A DNA stretch of 64,000 nucleotides from the NCBI GenBank assembly GCA_963699755.1, contig CAVOVB010000002.1:704001-768000 (forward strand), written 5' to 3'. Shown one piece after another: positions 29,957 through 39,274 of this stretch. The DNA is from an uncultured delta proteobacterium. Its GTDB lineage: Bacteria > Myxococcota_A > Polyangia > Polyangiales > Houyiibacteriaceae. The translations under genes and the position numbers were made by a program. Position 1 is the first letter of the stretch. Each line of letters begins with the position of its first letter. A model generated the notes under the pieces. The model did no database searches, was not told the origin of the DNA, and worked only from the letters and a program-made list of their open reading frames with translations.

Positions 29957-31066
29957 ATGTCCGAAGCGGTGGATGCGGTCGTGATCGGGGCAGGCGTGGT
30001 GGGCCTGGCTTGCGCGTACGAGCTCTCTCAGAAGCTCGACTCGGTAGTGGTCCTCGAGCGGGAGGTCGGTCCGGGACGGGAGATTTCGAGTCGAAACAGC
30101 GGCGTGGTGCACGCGGGGATTTACTACCCGCGAGACTCGCTCAAGACGCGGCTCTGCATCGAAGGAAACCGGCGCCTCTACACATGGTGCGAAGCGCACG
30201 AGGTCCCGCACAAGCACACCGGGAAGCTGATCGTGGCGACGAGCGCAGAGGACGAAGAACGGCTTCGCGCAATCGCCCGCCACGCGCGAGAAGTCGGCGC
30301 AGGGGAGCTTCGCCTCATGAGCGGAGCCGAGGCGCGCGAGCAGGAGCCCGAGCTTCGATGCGAGCTCGCGCTTCATTCTCCAACCTCGGGCGTGGTCGAT
30401 GTACACGAGCTGATCGCGAGCCTCGTCTACCAGATCATCGAGGCTGACGGCATGGTCGTCTACCACACAGGGGTCGACGCGATCCGCAGGACCGACGATG
30501 GCTGGCTGGTTCAGACCACGGACAGCACCGGAACCCAGACGGAGCTCTTGGCGCGGCGCGTCGTGAACGCCGCTGGGCTTTCGGCGCTCGACGTCGCCGA
30601 AAAGTCGGGACTTCCCGAGGCCGAACGGCCTTGGCGCCTCTACCCGTGCAAGGGCTCATACTTCGCACTCGGCTCTGGCGCTCCCAAGACGCGCAACAGC
30701 CTGATCTATCCGCTGCCCTCCGGCGGTGGCCTCGGCGTTCACATCACTGCCGATATCACTGGCGCACGGCGCGCAGGCCCCGACGCCGAGTTCGTCGATA
30801 CGATCGACTACGCGGTCGACGAATCCCGACTCGAGCTTTTCGCCCAGGCCGTCGCGCGCTACCTCCCAGCGATCCGGCCGGAGCACTTGACGCCAGACTA
30901 CAGTGGGATACGGCCGAAGCTGGTCGGTCCCGAGGGCGGGTTCGCGGACTTCGTCATTCGCGAGCCGGTGTCGCAGCCTGGGCTCGTGCACCTGATTGGT
31001 ATCGAATCTCCAGGGCTGACAGCCGCGCTTGCCATCGGTGCGCACGTGTCCGAGAGAATCGCGTAG
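29957..31066 (+). CDS. FAD-dependent oxidoreductase (L-2-hydroxyglutarate oxidase LhgO-like)
   Basis: VIGAGVVG, SSRNSGVVHAGIYY, KGSYF, YSGIRPK, GIESPGLT. Confidence 0.9.
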   Translation: MSEAVDAVVIGAGVVGLACAYELSQKLDSVVVLEREVGPGREISSRNSGVVHAGIYYPRDSLKTRLCIEGNRRLYTWCEAHEVPHKHTGKLIVATSAEDEERLRAIARHAREVGAGELRLMSGAEAREQEPELRCELALHSPTSGVVDVHELIASLVYQIIEADGMVVYHTGVDAIRRTDDGWLVQTTDSTGTQTELLARRVVNAAGLSALDVAEKSGLPEAERPWRLYPCKGSYFALGSGAPKTRNSLIYPLPSGGGLGVHITADITGARRAGPDAEFVDTIDYAVDESRLELFAQAVARYLPAIRPEHLTPDYSGIRPKLVGPEGGFADFVIREPVSQPGLVHLIGIESPGLTAALAIGAHVSERIA

Positions 31067-31120
31067 GGGGTTGCGTCCCCGGCTGCGGGTATGCATAACC
31101 CGAGCTTCAAAAGGAGCACT

Positions 31121-32065
31121 ATGAGCCATCGAGTCTTGATCATCGGCAGCGGACCTGCAGCCCACACGGCCGCTATTTATGCGGCGCGCGCCGAGCTGAA
31201 ACCCGTCCTGTTCGAAGGCTTCATGGCGGGTGGCGTCGCAGCTGGCGGGCAGCTGACCACAACCACAGATGTCGAGAACTTCCCTGGTTTTCCCGAAGGC
31301 ATCATGGGCCCGGAGCTGACCGACCGATTTCGCGCGCAGTCGCTGCGCTTTGGCACTACGATCCACACGGAAACCGTCAACGAGATCGACCTCTCGAGCC
31401 GCCCCTTCCGCTTCAAGGCCGACGCCCAAGAAGGAAGCGCGGACGCCGTCATCATCGCGACCGGGGCAACGGCCAAGCGGCTCGACATCCCTGGCGCCAA
31501 CGACGGGGAGCTCTGGCAAAAGGGCATTTCGGCCTGCGCGGTCTGTGACGGTGCCCTTCCGGCGTTTCGCAATCAACCGCTCGTGGTGATCGGGGGTGGC
31601 GACTCCGCGGTCGAAGAAGCGTCCTTTCTCACCAAATACGGCTCCACCGTCTACATCGTTCACCGGCGCGATGAGCTCCGCGCCTCGAAGATCATGCAGC
31701 AGCGCGCCATGGAGAATCCAAAAATCGAAATGCTCTGGTCGCATGTGGTCACGCAGGCCAAGGGGACCGACTTCCTCGAGGCCGTCCGCGTGAAAGACCT
31801 GAAGACCGACGAGGAGCATGACATTCCGGCGGCGGGCCTCTTCTTCGCCATCGGCCACATACCGAATACCGCGTTCTTGAACGGCCAGATCGACACCGAC
31901 GAACAGGGCTACATCGTCACGAAACCCGATTCGACCCAAACCAATGTCCCTGGGGTGTTCGCCGCGGGCGATGTGCAGGACAAGAAATGGCGACAGGCGG
32001 TCACCGCCGCCGGGAGCGGCTGCATGGCGGCGCTCGAAGCCGAGCACTTCCTGGCCGACCACTAG
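31121..32065 (+). CDS. trxB: Thioredoxin-disulfide reductase
   Basis: [42 protein letters not shown]. Confidence 0.97.
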   Translation: MSHRVLIIGSGPAAHTAAIYAARAELKPVLFEGFMAGGVAAGGQLTTTTDVENFPGFPEGIMGPELTDRFRAQSLRFGTTIHTETVNEIDLSSRPFRFKADAQEGSADAVIIATGATAKRLDIPGANDGELWQKGISACAVCDGALPAFRNQPLVVIGGGDSAVEEASFLTKYGSTVYIVHRRDELRASKIMQQRAMENPKIEMLWSHVVTQAKGTDFLEAVRVKDLKTDEEHDIPAAGLFFAIGHIPNTAFLNGQIDTDEQGYIVTKPDSTQTNVPGVFAAGDVQDKKWRQAVTAAGSGCMAALEAEHFLADH

Positions 32066-32282
32066 CCACGAGGCCCCACGACTCGGCAGGCGAAACATCA
32101 AGCCTGTCGCTTACAGAAAAGGCCTTCGAATTACATTTGTAAGCTTGTTTTTACGAGCGAGGTGCCGAATCTCGCCGTATCGTGCCGAAGGCTCCGCAGA
32201 GCGAAGCCGAGCGTTGACAGAGAGAGAACGCCGGGCAGAGAAGAACCTGCCGGCTGTGCCCGTTGGACCGGTTGAGCCCGTA

Positions 32283-35036
32283 ATGCCAGAAATACAGCAC
32301 AGAGAGCGCCCGAGCAGACGCTCCCGCCGACCGTCGACCATGCAGCGCTCGCGGACGCTCTCGCCAGCGATGCTCGCGCTCGCCGCCGTGACGTTCCTTC
32401 CGGGGCTTACGCGGTGCGAGGGGAGCTGCTTCAACTACGACGAGCAGGGTAATCGCTACTACTTCGAATGCGTAACCTGCGTGGAGCGGGACCAAGAGCC
32501 ATGTACGGTAGATAGCTGGCAGGTTCCGATGGGAGGTGTGTGCGATGTGTCTCAGCAACCGGTGCTCGAGGACGGCGAGTTGTGCCAACTCGACGGTGAG
32601 CTCGGGGTGTGCGCCAACACGGTCTGCGGATCCCTCCCGGCTCGATCGGTGATCTTGAACGCCAGCCCAAAGACGGTCGGCGCCAACCAGACTTCGACGC
32701 TGAGCTGGACATCGAAGGATATGACCAGTTGCACGGCCAGCGGTGCTTGGACTGGCCCAAAGCCCGTCGAGGGCAGCGTATCCACGGGTGCGCTCGACGG
32801 AACGAGCACGTTCACCCTGCAATGCAGCGGTCCGACGGGCAGCGCTTCTGACTCGGTGACCGTCACCGTAGCTCCAGCCGGCGGGCAGCTCTCGTTCACG
32901 CAGATGACCATCGAAGCCAGCCAGGCGGCGTGGGGAAAGAACCTGGCCGACATCGATGGAGACGGCTTCCTCGACATCCTGGAAGGCGGAGGCGTGCAGG
33001 GCGGCAAGGTATTCTGGTACGAGTATCCGAGCTGGGCGAAATTTCAAATTGGAGCCATCGGTGGCGGCGACGATATCGAAGTAGCCGACATCAACGCGGA
33101 TGGCGCCATCGATGTCGTCGTCAATGGCAACCCGATCATCTGGTACGCGAACCCGCGTGGCTCCGGCGGCAACCCGCGATCGCAATGGACCGGCCATACG
33201 ATCGACACGACCATCTCCCATGACGTCAATGTCGCGGACATCGATCGCGATGGAAAGCTCGATGTCGTGGCGGTGCAAGAGTACGGGGCGTCCTTTTTGT
33301 ACTTGCAAAATGGCGCCGATTCTTGGAGCAAGACGACCCTGTCGAACGCGCGGGTGACCGCCGGCGGCCTGACGCTGGCCGACGTCGATGCCGACGGACG
33401 GATTGACGTGATCGGTAGCGGATACTGGTTGCGCCAGCCGGCCACGCCAAGCGTGGGCAGCAACTGGGAGCGCCGCAATATCGCCGTCTGGGGGGCCGGC
33501 GGGAGCATCGACACGGCTGATCTGAATCACGACGGCCGCCTCGATATCGTCATGGCCGCATCCGAATCGGGGCCCGGCGAGATTGCCTGGTTCGAGGGGC
33601 CGGTAGACCCGCTCAACGGAAGCTGGATCGAGCACACGATCGATGAAGTCGAGGATGTACACCTCGTGCACCTGGCGGACTTCGACAAAGACGGTGACCT
33701 CGACATCGCGTTTGCGGAGATGCATCAGTCTCCGACGGATCGGGTGGGGATTTACGTCAATGGCGGACTTGGCGCGTCCTGGACTTTGGATCTCATCGCG
33801 TCTACGGGTTCACACAATGTCGCTGTCGGCGATCTCGAGGATGACGGCGACATCGACATCGTCGGCGCCAACTGGCAGCTCAGCTCTCCGGACGGCGGTC
33901 GTTTGAACTGGTGGCGCAACGACATCGATTCCAGTGCGGCATTGTCGCTCAGCCAGTGGACCCCCATCTCGGTCGACGCCTCCAAGCCGGACCAGTCGTT
34001 CGGACTGGCATTCGGTGACATCGATGGCGATGCTCGGCTCGACATCCTCACGGGTCGGGGTTGGTATCGCAGCCCCGGCGGCAACCTGACTGGGAACTGG
34101 ACGCGGACCGATTTCGGCCAGGACGCCGACGCGATGTTGCTCCTCGACGTGGACGGAGACGTCCGTCTCGACATCATCGCCGAAGGAGCGCCATCCGGAG
34201 GTAACGTTCCCGTGCTCTGGCTGCGACCCCTGAATTCAGCCGGCAGTCAGTGGGCGACAACGACGGTCGGCACCATCCCCCGCGACCCTGCGGACGGCCG
34301 GAGTCAAGGATTTGAGCTCGCCCAGATCGTGCCTGGGGGCCGACCCGAAATCGTGTTGAGCAGTGTTGGCCTCTACTACTTCGAGATTCCCGCGTCGCCG
34401 GCGGGTGGCAATTGGCCGCGGGTCCAGATCACGAGTCAGGCACGCGAGGAAGGACTTGCCGTCGGCGACATCGACCGCGACGGTGACCCCGATGTCGCCG
34501 GCTTCGTGGCGCCCGCCGGGACGACCGTGGCCTGGTGGGAGAATCCGCGAGACGGCAGCAGCAATTGGACCCGTCACGACCTCGGCACGACCTCGGGCGT
34601 CGAGCCCGATCGAATCCGTCTCGCCGACATGAACCGCAATGGTCGTCTCGACGTCGTGGTGACCGAAACGAATCTCGGATCCAATGGGAACGCGCTGTTC
34701 TGGTTTGCGCAACCGAGCGACCCGACCGCTCCAAACTGGTCGCGCAAGACGGTCGCATCCAATGAAGGCAGCTTGAACTCGCTGGATGTGGCCGATTTGA
34801 ACGGTGATGCGAAGCCCGACATCATCACTGGCGAACACCGCGGTGCGCTCGACGTTACGATCTGGGAGAACCTCGACGGCGCGTCGTCCTGGGTGAGCCA
34901 TGGGGTTTCGCAAGGCGCCGAAAGCCATTTGGGCACGCAGCTCGTGGATCTGGACGGCGACGGGGATTTGGACGTCGTCAGCATCGCCTGGGACGATTTC
35001 CAGAACCTGTGGCTCTTGCGCAACGACGCGCTTTGA
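32283..35036 (+). CDS. Secreted FG-GAP/VCBS repeat protein (Cys-rich region, Ig-like module, two putative 7-bladed propellers)
   Basis: 14 DxDxDGxxD-type repeats (one degenerate) and a hydrophobic leader. Start uncertain (32283 or 32340). Confidence 0.85.
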   Translation: MPEIQHRERPSRRSRRPSTMQRSRTLSPAMLALAAVTFLPGLTRCEGSCFNYDEQGNRYYFECVTCVERDQEPCTVDSWQVPMGGVCDVSQQPVLEDGELCQLDGELGVCANTVCGSLPARSVILNASPKTVGANQTSTLSWTSKDMTSCTASGAWTGPKPVEGSVSTGALDGTSTFTLQCSGPTGSASDSVTVTVAPAGGQLSFTQMTIEASQAAWGKNLADIDGDGFLDILEGGGVQGGKVFWYEYPSWAKFQIGAIGGGDDIEVADINADGAIDVVVNGNPIIWYANPRGSGGNPRSQWTGHTIDTTISHDVNVADIDRDGKLDVVAVQEYGASFLYLQNGADSWSKTTLSNARVTAGGLTLADVDADGRIDVIGSGYWLRQPATPSVGSNWERRNIAVWGAGGSIDTADLNHDGRLDIVMAASESGPGEIAWFEGPVDPLNGSWIEHTIDEVEDVHLVHLADFDKDGDLDIAFAEMHQSPTDRVGIYVNGGLGASWTLDLIASTGSHNVAVGDLEDDGDIDIVGANWQLSSPDGGRLNWWRNDIDSSAALSLSQWTPISVDASKPDQSFGLAFGDIDGDARLDILTGRGWYRSPGGNLTGNWTRTDFGQDADAMLLLDVDGDVRLDIIAEGAPSGGNVPVLWLRPLNSAGSQWATTTVGTIPRDPADGRSQGFELAQIVPGGRPEIVLSSVGLYYFEIPASPAGGNWPRVQITSQAREEGLAVGDIDRDGDPDVAGFVAPAGTTVAWWENPRDGSSNWTRHDLGTTSGVEPDRIRLADMNRNGRLDVVVTETNLGSNGNALFWFAQPSDPTAPNWSRKTVASNEGSLNSLDVADLNGDAKPDIITGEHRGALDVTIWENLDGASSWVSHGVSQGAESHLGTQLVDLDGDGDLDVVSIAWDDFQNLWLLRNDAL

Positions 35037-35082
35037 TGCCTATCGCGAGGCCTTGGGGATACTCCTGGTCGAACGCGGTCCG

Positions 35083-36075
35083 CTAGGAAGCTGCGCTGGT
35101 CCCGCTGCCATCGCCGTTCCTGCGCTCGCGTTTCTGTTGTTTGCGAAGCACCGCCTGCGCGCGGCGCTCTTTGGTCTTCTCTGACGGAATGCGCCCCCGG
35201 TGCGCCTCTTGCTCGCCATGGTGCTCGTCGAAGGTGCCCGGCTGCGTTCCGAGCTCGAAGAATGCCACCTCGCGTTTGGCGCGTTCGCCGAGTCGCAGCG
35301 GAACGATGGCCGCCCCAACCCCGGCGCCCACATAGACCGCACCCTTCGGATCGTCGGTGCCCCGGGAACCATAGAGCCCATGGATGTACTTGTGCCCCGC
35401 GAGCTTTCCGACAGAAAGCTCGTGAAGTCGCGCGACTGTAATTTGGCCGGCGTGCGTGTGACCGGAAAATACGAGCGGAACGCCGGCCTCCCAGAGCGCG
35501 TCGGCCTCTTCTGCGATGTGCGAGAGCGCGATGACCGGCAAGTCAGGGCGCAGGCCCTTGAGTGCAGCCCGCCGGTCGGCGTGACCTGTGTATGCGTCGT
35601 CGAGGCCCAGTATCTGCAAGCGCTGATGGCCGACGCTGATCGTGGTGTGTGCATTGTCGAGCACCTCGGCCCCACCCCGTCGAAGCGCTTCCCGAACGGG
35701 CTCGGCCCCCGCCCAGTGGTCGTGGTTCCCGAGGACGGCAAACACCGGCGCATCGACCTGGCCGATGACTTCCCTGAGGTCGTCGAGATAGACCTGGCTG
35801 TGGCAAACGAAATCACCGCTGATGACCACGATGTCTGGCTTTCCGGCATTGGCCATCGCGACGGCATCGTATTGGACCTCCATCGGCGTGACGCGGCCGA
35901 CGTGCAGATCGGTCAGGTGCGCGACCCGGACCCCTTCGAGGTGTTCGAGAAAGCACTCCGGACCAGCGAATCGACGAATGCGAAACCGGCGCGAGTTGTC
36001 GTGCCATGGGTCTCGCTCGCGTAGGAGCTTCTTTCGAAACTTCCGCAGTCCTTCGATGGTTGCCGAACGGCTCAT
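35083..36075 (-). CDS. Calcineurin-like metallophosphoesterase
   Basis: DLH, GDF, GNHD, SH and GHTH motifs, with a basic C-terminal tail. Confidence 0.92.
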   Translation of the reverse strand: MSRSATIEGLRKFRKKLLRERDPWHDNSRRFRIRRFAGPECFLEHLEGVRVAHLTDLHVGRVTPMEVQYDAVAMANAGKPDIVVISGDFVCHSQVYLDDLREVIGQVDAPVFAVLGNHDHWAGAEPVREALRRGGAEVLDNAHTTISVGHQRLQILGLDDAYTGHADRRAALKGLRPDLPVIALSHIAEEADALWEAGVPLVFSGHTHAGQITVARLHELSVGKLAGHKYIHGLYGSRGTDDPKGAVYVGAGVGAAIVPLRLGERAKREVAFFELGTQPGTFDEHHGEQEAHRGRIPSEKTKERRAQAVLRKQQKRERRNGDGSGTSAAS

Positions 36076-36118
36076 CTTCAAATCAACTTAATCATTTTCC
36101 TCAATGCTCGCACGAATC

Positions 36119-36268
36119 TTAGCGTCGGGGTTTACGGGTTAGCTTCGAAACGGGAACATCTGGGCCCCGAGAACGGCGGCGCCTGTTCTTCCTGCCACGA
36201 AAACGCCGAATGACGTAGACGCCGGCGAACGCGACGATCAAACCTGCCATGATTTGCTGCCACGGCAT
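36119..36268 (-). CDS. 49-aa FeoB-associated small membrane protein (not in ORF track)
   Basis: MPWQQIMAGLIVAFAGVYVIRRFRGRKNRRRRSRGPDVPVSKLTRKPRR*; ATG lies 9 nt after the feoB stop. Confidence 0.7.
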   Translation of the reverse strand: MPWQQIMAGLIVAFAGVYVIRRFRGRKNRRRRSRGPDVPVSKLTRKPRR

Positions 36269-36277
36269 ACTCGAGAC

Positions 36278-38443
36278 CTATCCGAAACCAAGAAGCTGGC
36301 CGCCCTGATACACCGCAAGAGAAGTCAGGTACGCAAGTACGGTCATGTAGGAGAAGAGGAATATCGGCCATTTCCACGAGCCGGACTCCCTTTTCACCAC
36401 TGCGATGGTGCTCATACACTGGCAGGCCAACAAGAAGAACACCATCAGCGAAATGCCGCTGAGTGGCGTCATGACGGGACTCCCGTCGGCGTGCCGTGCA
36501 TCCCGGAGAGCCTCTCGCAGGGGTTTGTTCTCCTCGTCACCCTCCCCGATTCCGAAGGCCACGCCAAGGGTGGAGATGAATACCTCTCGGGCCGCGAACG
36601 CGCCGATGATCCCGACTCCGATGCGCCAGTCGAAGCCAATTGGCCGGAGCGCTGGCTCGATGGCGTGCCCGAACCTGCCACCGAGACTATGCGCCAGTTG
36701 ATCGCCGGCCTCTCGCGCGTTGAGGGCATGCAAGGCCTCGGCTCTGACCGTCTCCGAGGCATCCGTCTGCTCGATCCGCTCGCGCTCGGCAGCGTAGTGC
36801 TCGGCGACCTCCGTCGACTTTGGAAACGAAAGCAAGGCCCAAAGAAGAATCGTCATCGCCAAGATGATCGTGCCCGCGTCGACTAAGAAGATCCGCAGCC
36901 GGCGCCAGGCGTTGACCCAGAGGATCTGAGCGGAGGGCCAACGATAGGGCGGCATCTCGAGCAGGAAGGTAGGAGCCGGGCCGCGGAGCACGGTGCGCCG
37001 AATGACCGCTGCGGCGCCGAGCGTGACCAAGACCGACAGGGTGTACATGAAAAAGAGTACGACGGCCCCTGCGTTGAACCATCCGAGCGACTGACCGGCG
37101 AAGACCGTGCCGACGACGAGGATGTAGATGGGCAAACGGGCGCTGCAGGACATTAGAGGAAGCGCCAACATGGTGACCAATCGATCGCGGCGGCGTTCGA
37201 TCGTGCGTGTAGCCATCACGGCTGGAACCGCGCATGCGAAGCCGGACAGGAGTGGAACGAAAGCCTTTCCGTGCAGCCCTACCGCCTTCATCACGCGATC
37301 GATGACGAACGCGACGCGCGCCAGATAGCCCGAGTCTTCGAGAAAACCGATGAAGAGAAAAAGTATCAGGATCTGAGGCGCGAAAACGATCACGTTTCCG
37401 ACGCCGGCGATGATGCCCTCGACGAGCAAGTCCCGAAGCACGCCCGCAGGAAGAATCGCTGAGGCTTCCGTCTGGATGAATCCCGTGAAGGTCTCGATTG
37501 CGCTGATGAAGGGCTCCGCCCCTGCAAAAAGCGCCTCGAAGATCCCGAGCATCACCACAGCGAAGACCAGAAGCCCGACGAACGGATGCGTCAGCACTCG
37601 ATCGATTCGTTCGCTCCCCGAGCGCCTCGGATCGCGAACCGAGCAGGACTGCTGCACGGCATCGTCGAGCCATGCGTAGCGGGAAGAGATGATCTCCAGG
37701 TCGAGATTGCGGCCCTGCGCCTCGGCGGCTTTGCGAATGCCCGCGACGGCCTGCCGAAGCTCATCGGGAACGCCGTGAAGACTGTCCTCTCCTAGGGAGA
37801 GCAGACACCAAAACGCAATGACTCGATGCTGACTGGCCGCGGTCTCTGGACGCCATCTCCCGATCAGCGGAGTGAGCTTGTCGACGTCGGCTTCGAGCGC
37901 AGCCGGGTAGGCGATGTCCGGCGTGGAGACACGAGCATCAGGCCCGAGCTGCTTCTCGAGCGCTGCGAGCAGCACGTCCAGGCCACGCCGCTTGGTTGCA
38001 ACGACGGGCACCACCGGAGCGCCGAGGAGCTCCGAAAGGCGCTCGGTATCGATGCGAAGGCCGATGCGCTCCGCCGAGTCCATCATGTTGAGCGCAACGA
38101 CCACCGGAACACCCGATTCGACGAGCTGCAAAGGCAAATAGAGCCCTCGCTCCATGGTCGTTGCGTCGACCACGCAGATCACCGCCCGCGTATCCCCCTC
38201 GGTCAGTGCGTTGACTGCGAGTTGCTCCTCTGGCGAGCTCGCCGTCAGGCTGTACATCCCGGGTACGTCGATGAGCTCGATCTCTTCGTCGCCCAGACGC
38301 AGCGGCGCACTGGTCCTGTCGACGGTCACCCCGGGGTAGTTCCCAACATGCGCGCTGCCACCGGAGAGCGCATTGAAAAGAGTGCTCTTTCCGCAGTTGG
38401 GATTGCCCGCGACCAGCACCTGGGGGGAGGCCTTGTCGATCAC
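36278..38443 (-). CDS. feoB: Ferrous iron transporter B
   Basis: GNPNCGKS, VGNYPGVT, DVPG, NMMD, FLEDSGY, GFACAVPA, SCSARLP. Confidence 0.97.
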   Translation of the reverse strand: MIDKASPQVLVAGNPNCGKSTLFNALSGGSAHVGNYPGVTVDRTSAPLRLGDEEIELIDVPGMYSLTASSPEEQLAVNALTEGDTRAVICVVDATTMERGLYLPLQLVESGVPVVVALNMMDSAERIGLRIDTERLSELLGAPVVPVVATKRRGLDVLLAALEKQLGPDARVSTPDIAYPAALEADVDKLTPLIGRWRPETAASQHRVIAFWCLLSLGEDSLHGVPDELRQAVAGIRKAAEAQGRNLDLEIISSRYAWLDDAVQQSCSVRDPRRSGSERIDRVLTHPFVGLLVFAVVMLGIFEALFAGAEPFISAIETFTGFIQTEASAILPAGVLRDLLVEGIIAGVGNVIVFAPQILILFLFIGFLEDSGYLARVAFVIDRVMKAVGLHGKAFVPLLSGFACAVPAVMATRTIERRRDRLVTMLALPLMSCSARLPIYILVVGTVFAGQSLGWFNAGAVVLFFMYTLSVLVTLGAAAVIRRTVLRGPAPTFLLEMPPYRWPSAQILWVNAWRRLRIFLVDAGTIILAMTILLWALLSFPKSTEVAEHYAAERERIEQTDASETVRAEALHALNAREAGDQLAHSLGGRFGHAIEPALRPIGFDWRIGVGIIGAFAAREVFISTLGVAFGIGEGDEENKPLREALRDARHADGSPVMTPLSGISLMVFFLLACQCMSTIAVVKRESGSWKWPIFLFSYMTVLAYLTSLAVYQGGQLLGFG

Positions 38444-38679
38444 CCATCTCCTTTGGTGCTCACCGAGATCTTCGCCGCCTCGGCACGCCTCACCGATAGG
38501 GAATAATTGCGGAGGCTAAGCTCGATCGGGTCTCCGAGGGGCGCCACGCGCACGACTCGAACCCGCGTCCCCGGGAGGAGGCCCATTTCCATCAGACGCC
38601 GTGATAGGCGGCGGTCACAGTCGATCGACACGATCTGGGCGTGCTGGCCGAGGGGCAAATCGACGAGCAACGGTTTCAT
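38440..38679 (-). CDS. feoA: Ferrous iron transport protein A
   Basis: RRLMEMGLLPG...APLGDPI...SVRRAEA; overlaps the feoB start. Confidence 0.96.
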   Translation of the reverse strand: MKPLLVDLPLGQHAQIVSIDCDRRLSRRLMEMGLLPGTRVRVVRVAPLGDPIELSLRNYSLSVRRAEAAKISVSTKGDG

Positions 38680-38687
38680 TCACTACT

Positions 38688-38706
38688 GATAATGAATTTC
38701 CTTTTC
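38688..38706. promoter_or_regulatory. Fur-family box between divergent feoA and tpx
   Basis: GATAATGAATTTCCTTTTC matches 14/19 positions of GATAATGATAATCATTATC and lies 9 nt upstream of the feoA start. Confidence 0.75.
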
Positions 38707-38776
38707 GTGGGCAACCACTTGGAATTCCCACTGAAGTCTCTATAAAACGGGCTTACTCGTGCTTCCAAGGAGAATC

Positions 38777-39274
38777 ATGGCCACCACCGCCTTCAAGGGA
38801 ACCCCAGTTCAAACCAACAAAGACCTCCCAGCAGTGGGCAGCCGCGCCCCTGACTTTCTGCTCGTCGCTGGCGACCTCAGCGAAAAGACGCTCGCAGACT
38901 TCGCAGGGCAGAAGAAGATCATCACGATCAATCCGAGCTACGATACGCCGGTCTGCCAAGCCACGGCGCGTGGTTTCAATGAACGCGCGGCGAGCCTCGG
39001 CAACGCAGTGGTGCTGGCCGTCAGCTCCGACCTTCCGTTCGCTCAAAGTCGATTCTGCGGAGCCGAGGGCTTGGACGCGGTGGTTCCGCTATCGACGTTC
39101 CGGGGGAGCTTCCTTCAGGACTATGGGGTCGAAATGCTCGATGGCGCCCTCAAGGGGCTCGCCGCCCGTGCAATCGTCGTCGTAGATGAAAACGACAAGG
39201 TCGTTCACACCGAGATGGTCGCCGATATCGTCCAAGAGCCGGACTACGAAGCCGCCATCGCCGCTGCCAGCTAA
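38777..39274 (+). CDS. tpx: Thiol peroxidase (atypical 2-Cys peroxiredoxin)
   Basis: [31 protein letters not shown]. Confidence 0.95.
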   Translation: MATTAFKGTPVQTNKDLPAVGSRAPDFLLVAGDLSEKTLADFAGQKKIITINPSYDTPVCQATARGFNERAASLGNAVVLAVSSDLPFAQSRFCGAEGLDAVVPLSTFRGSFLQDYGVEMLDGALKGLAARAIVVVDENDKVVHTEMVADIVQEPDYEAAIAAAS

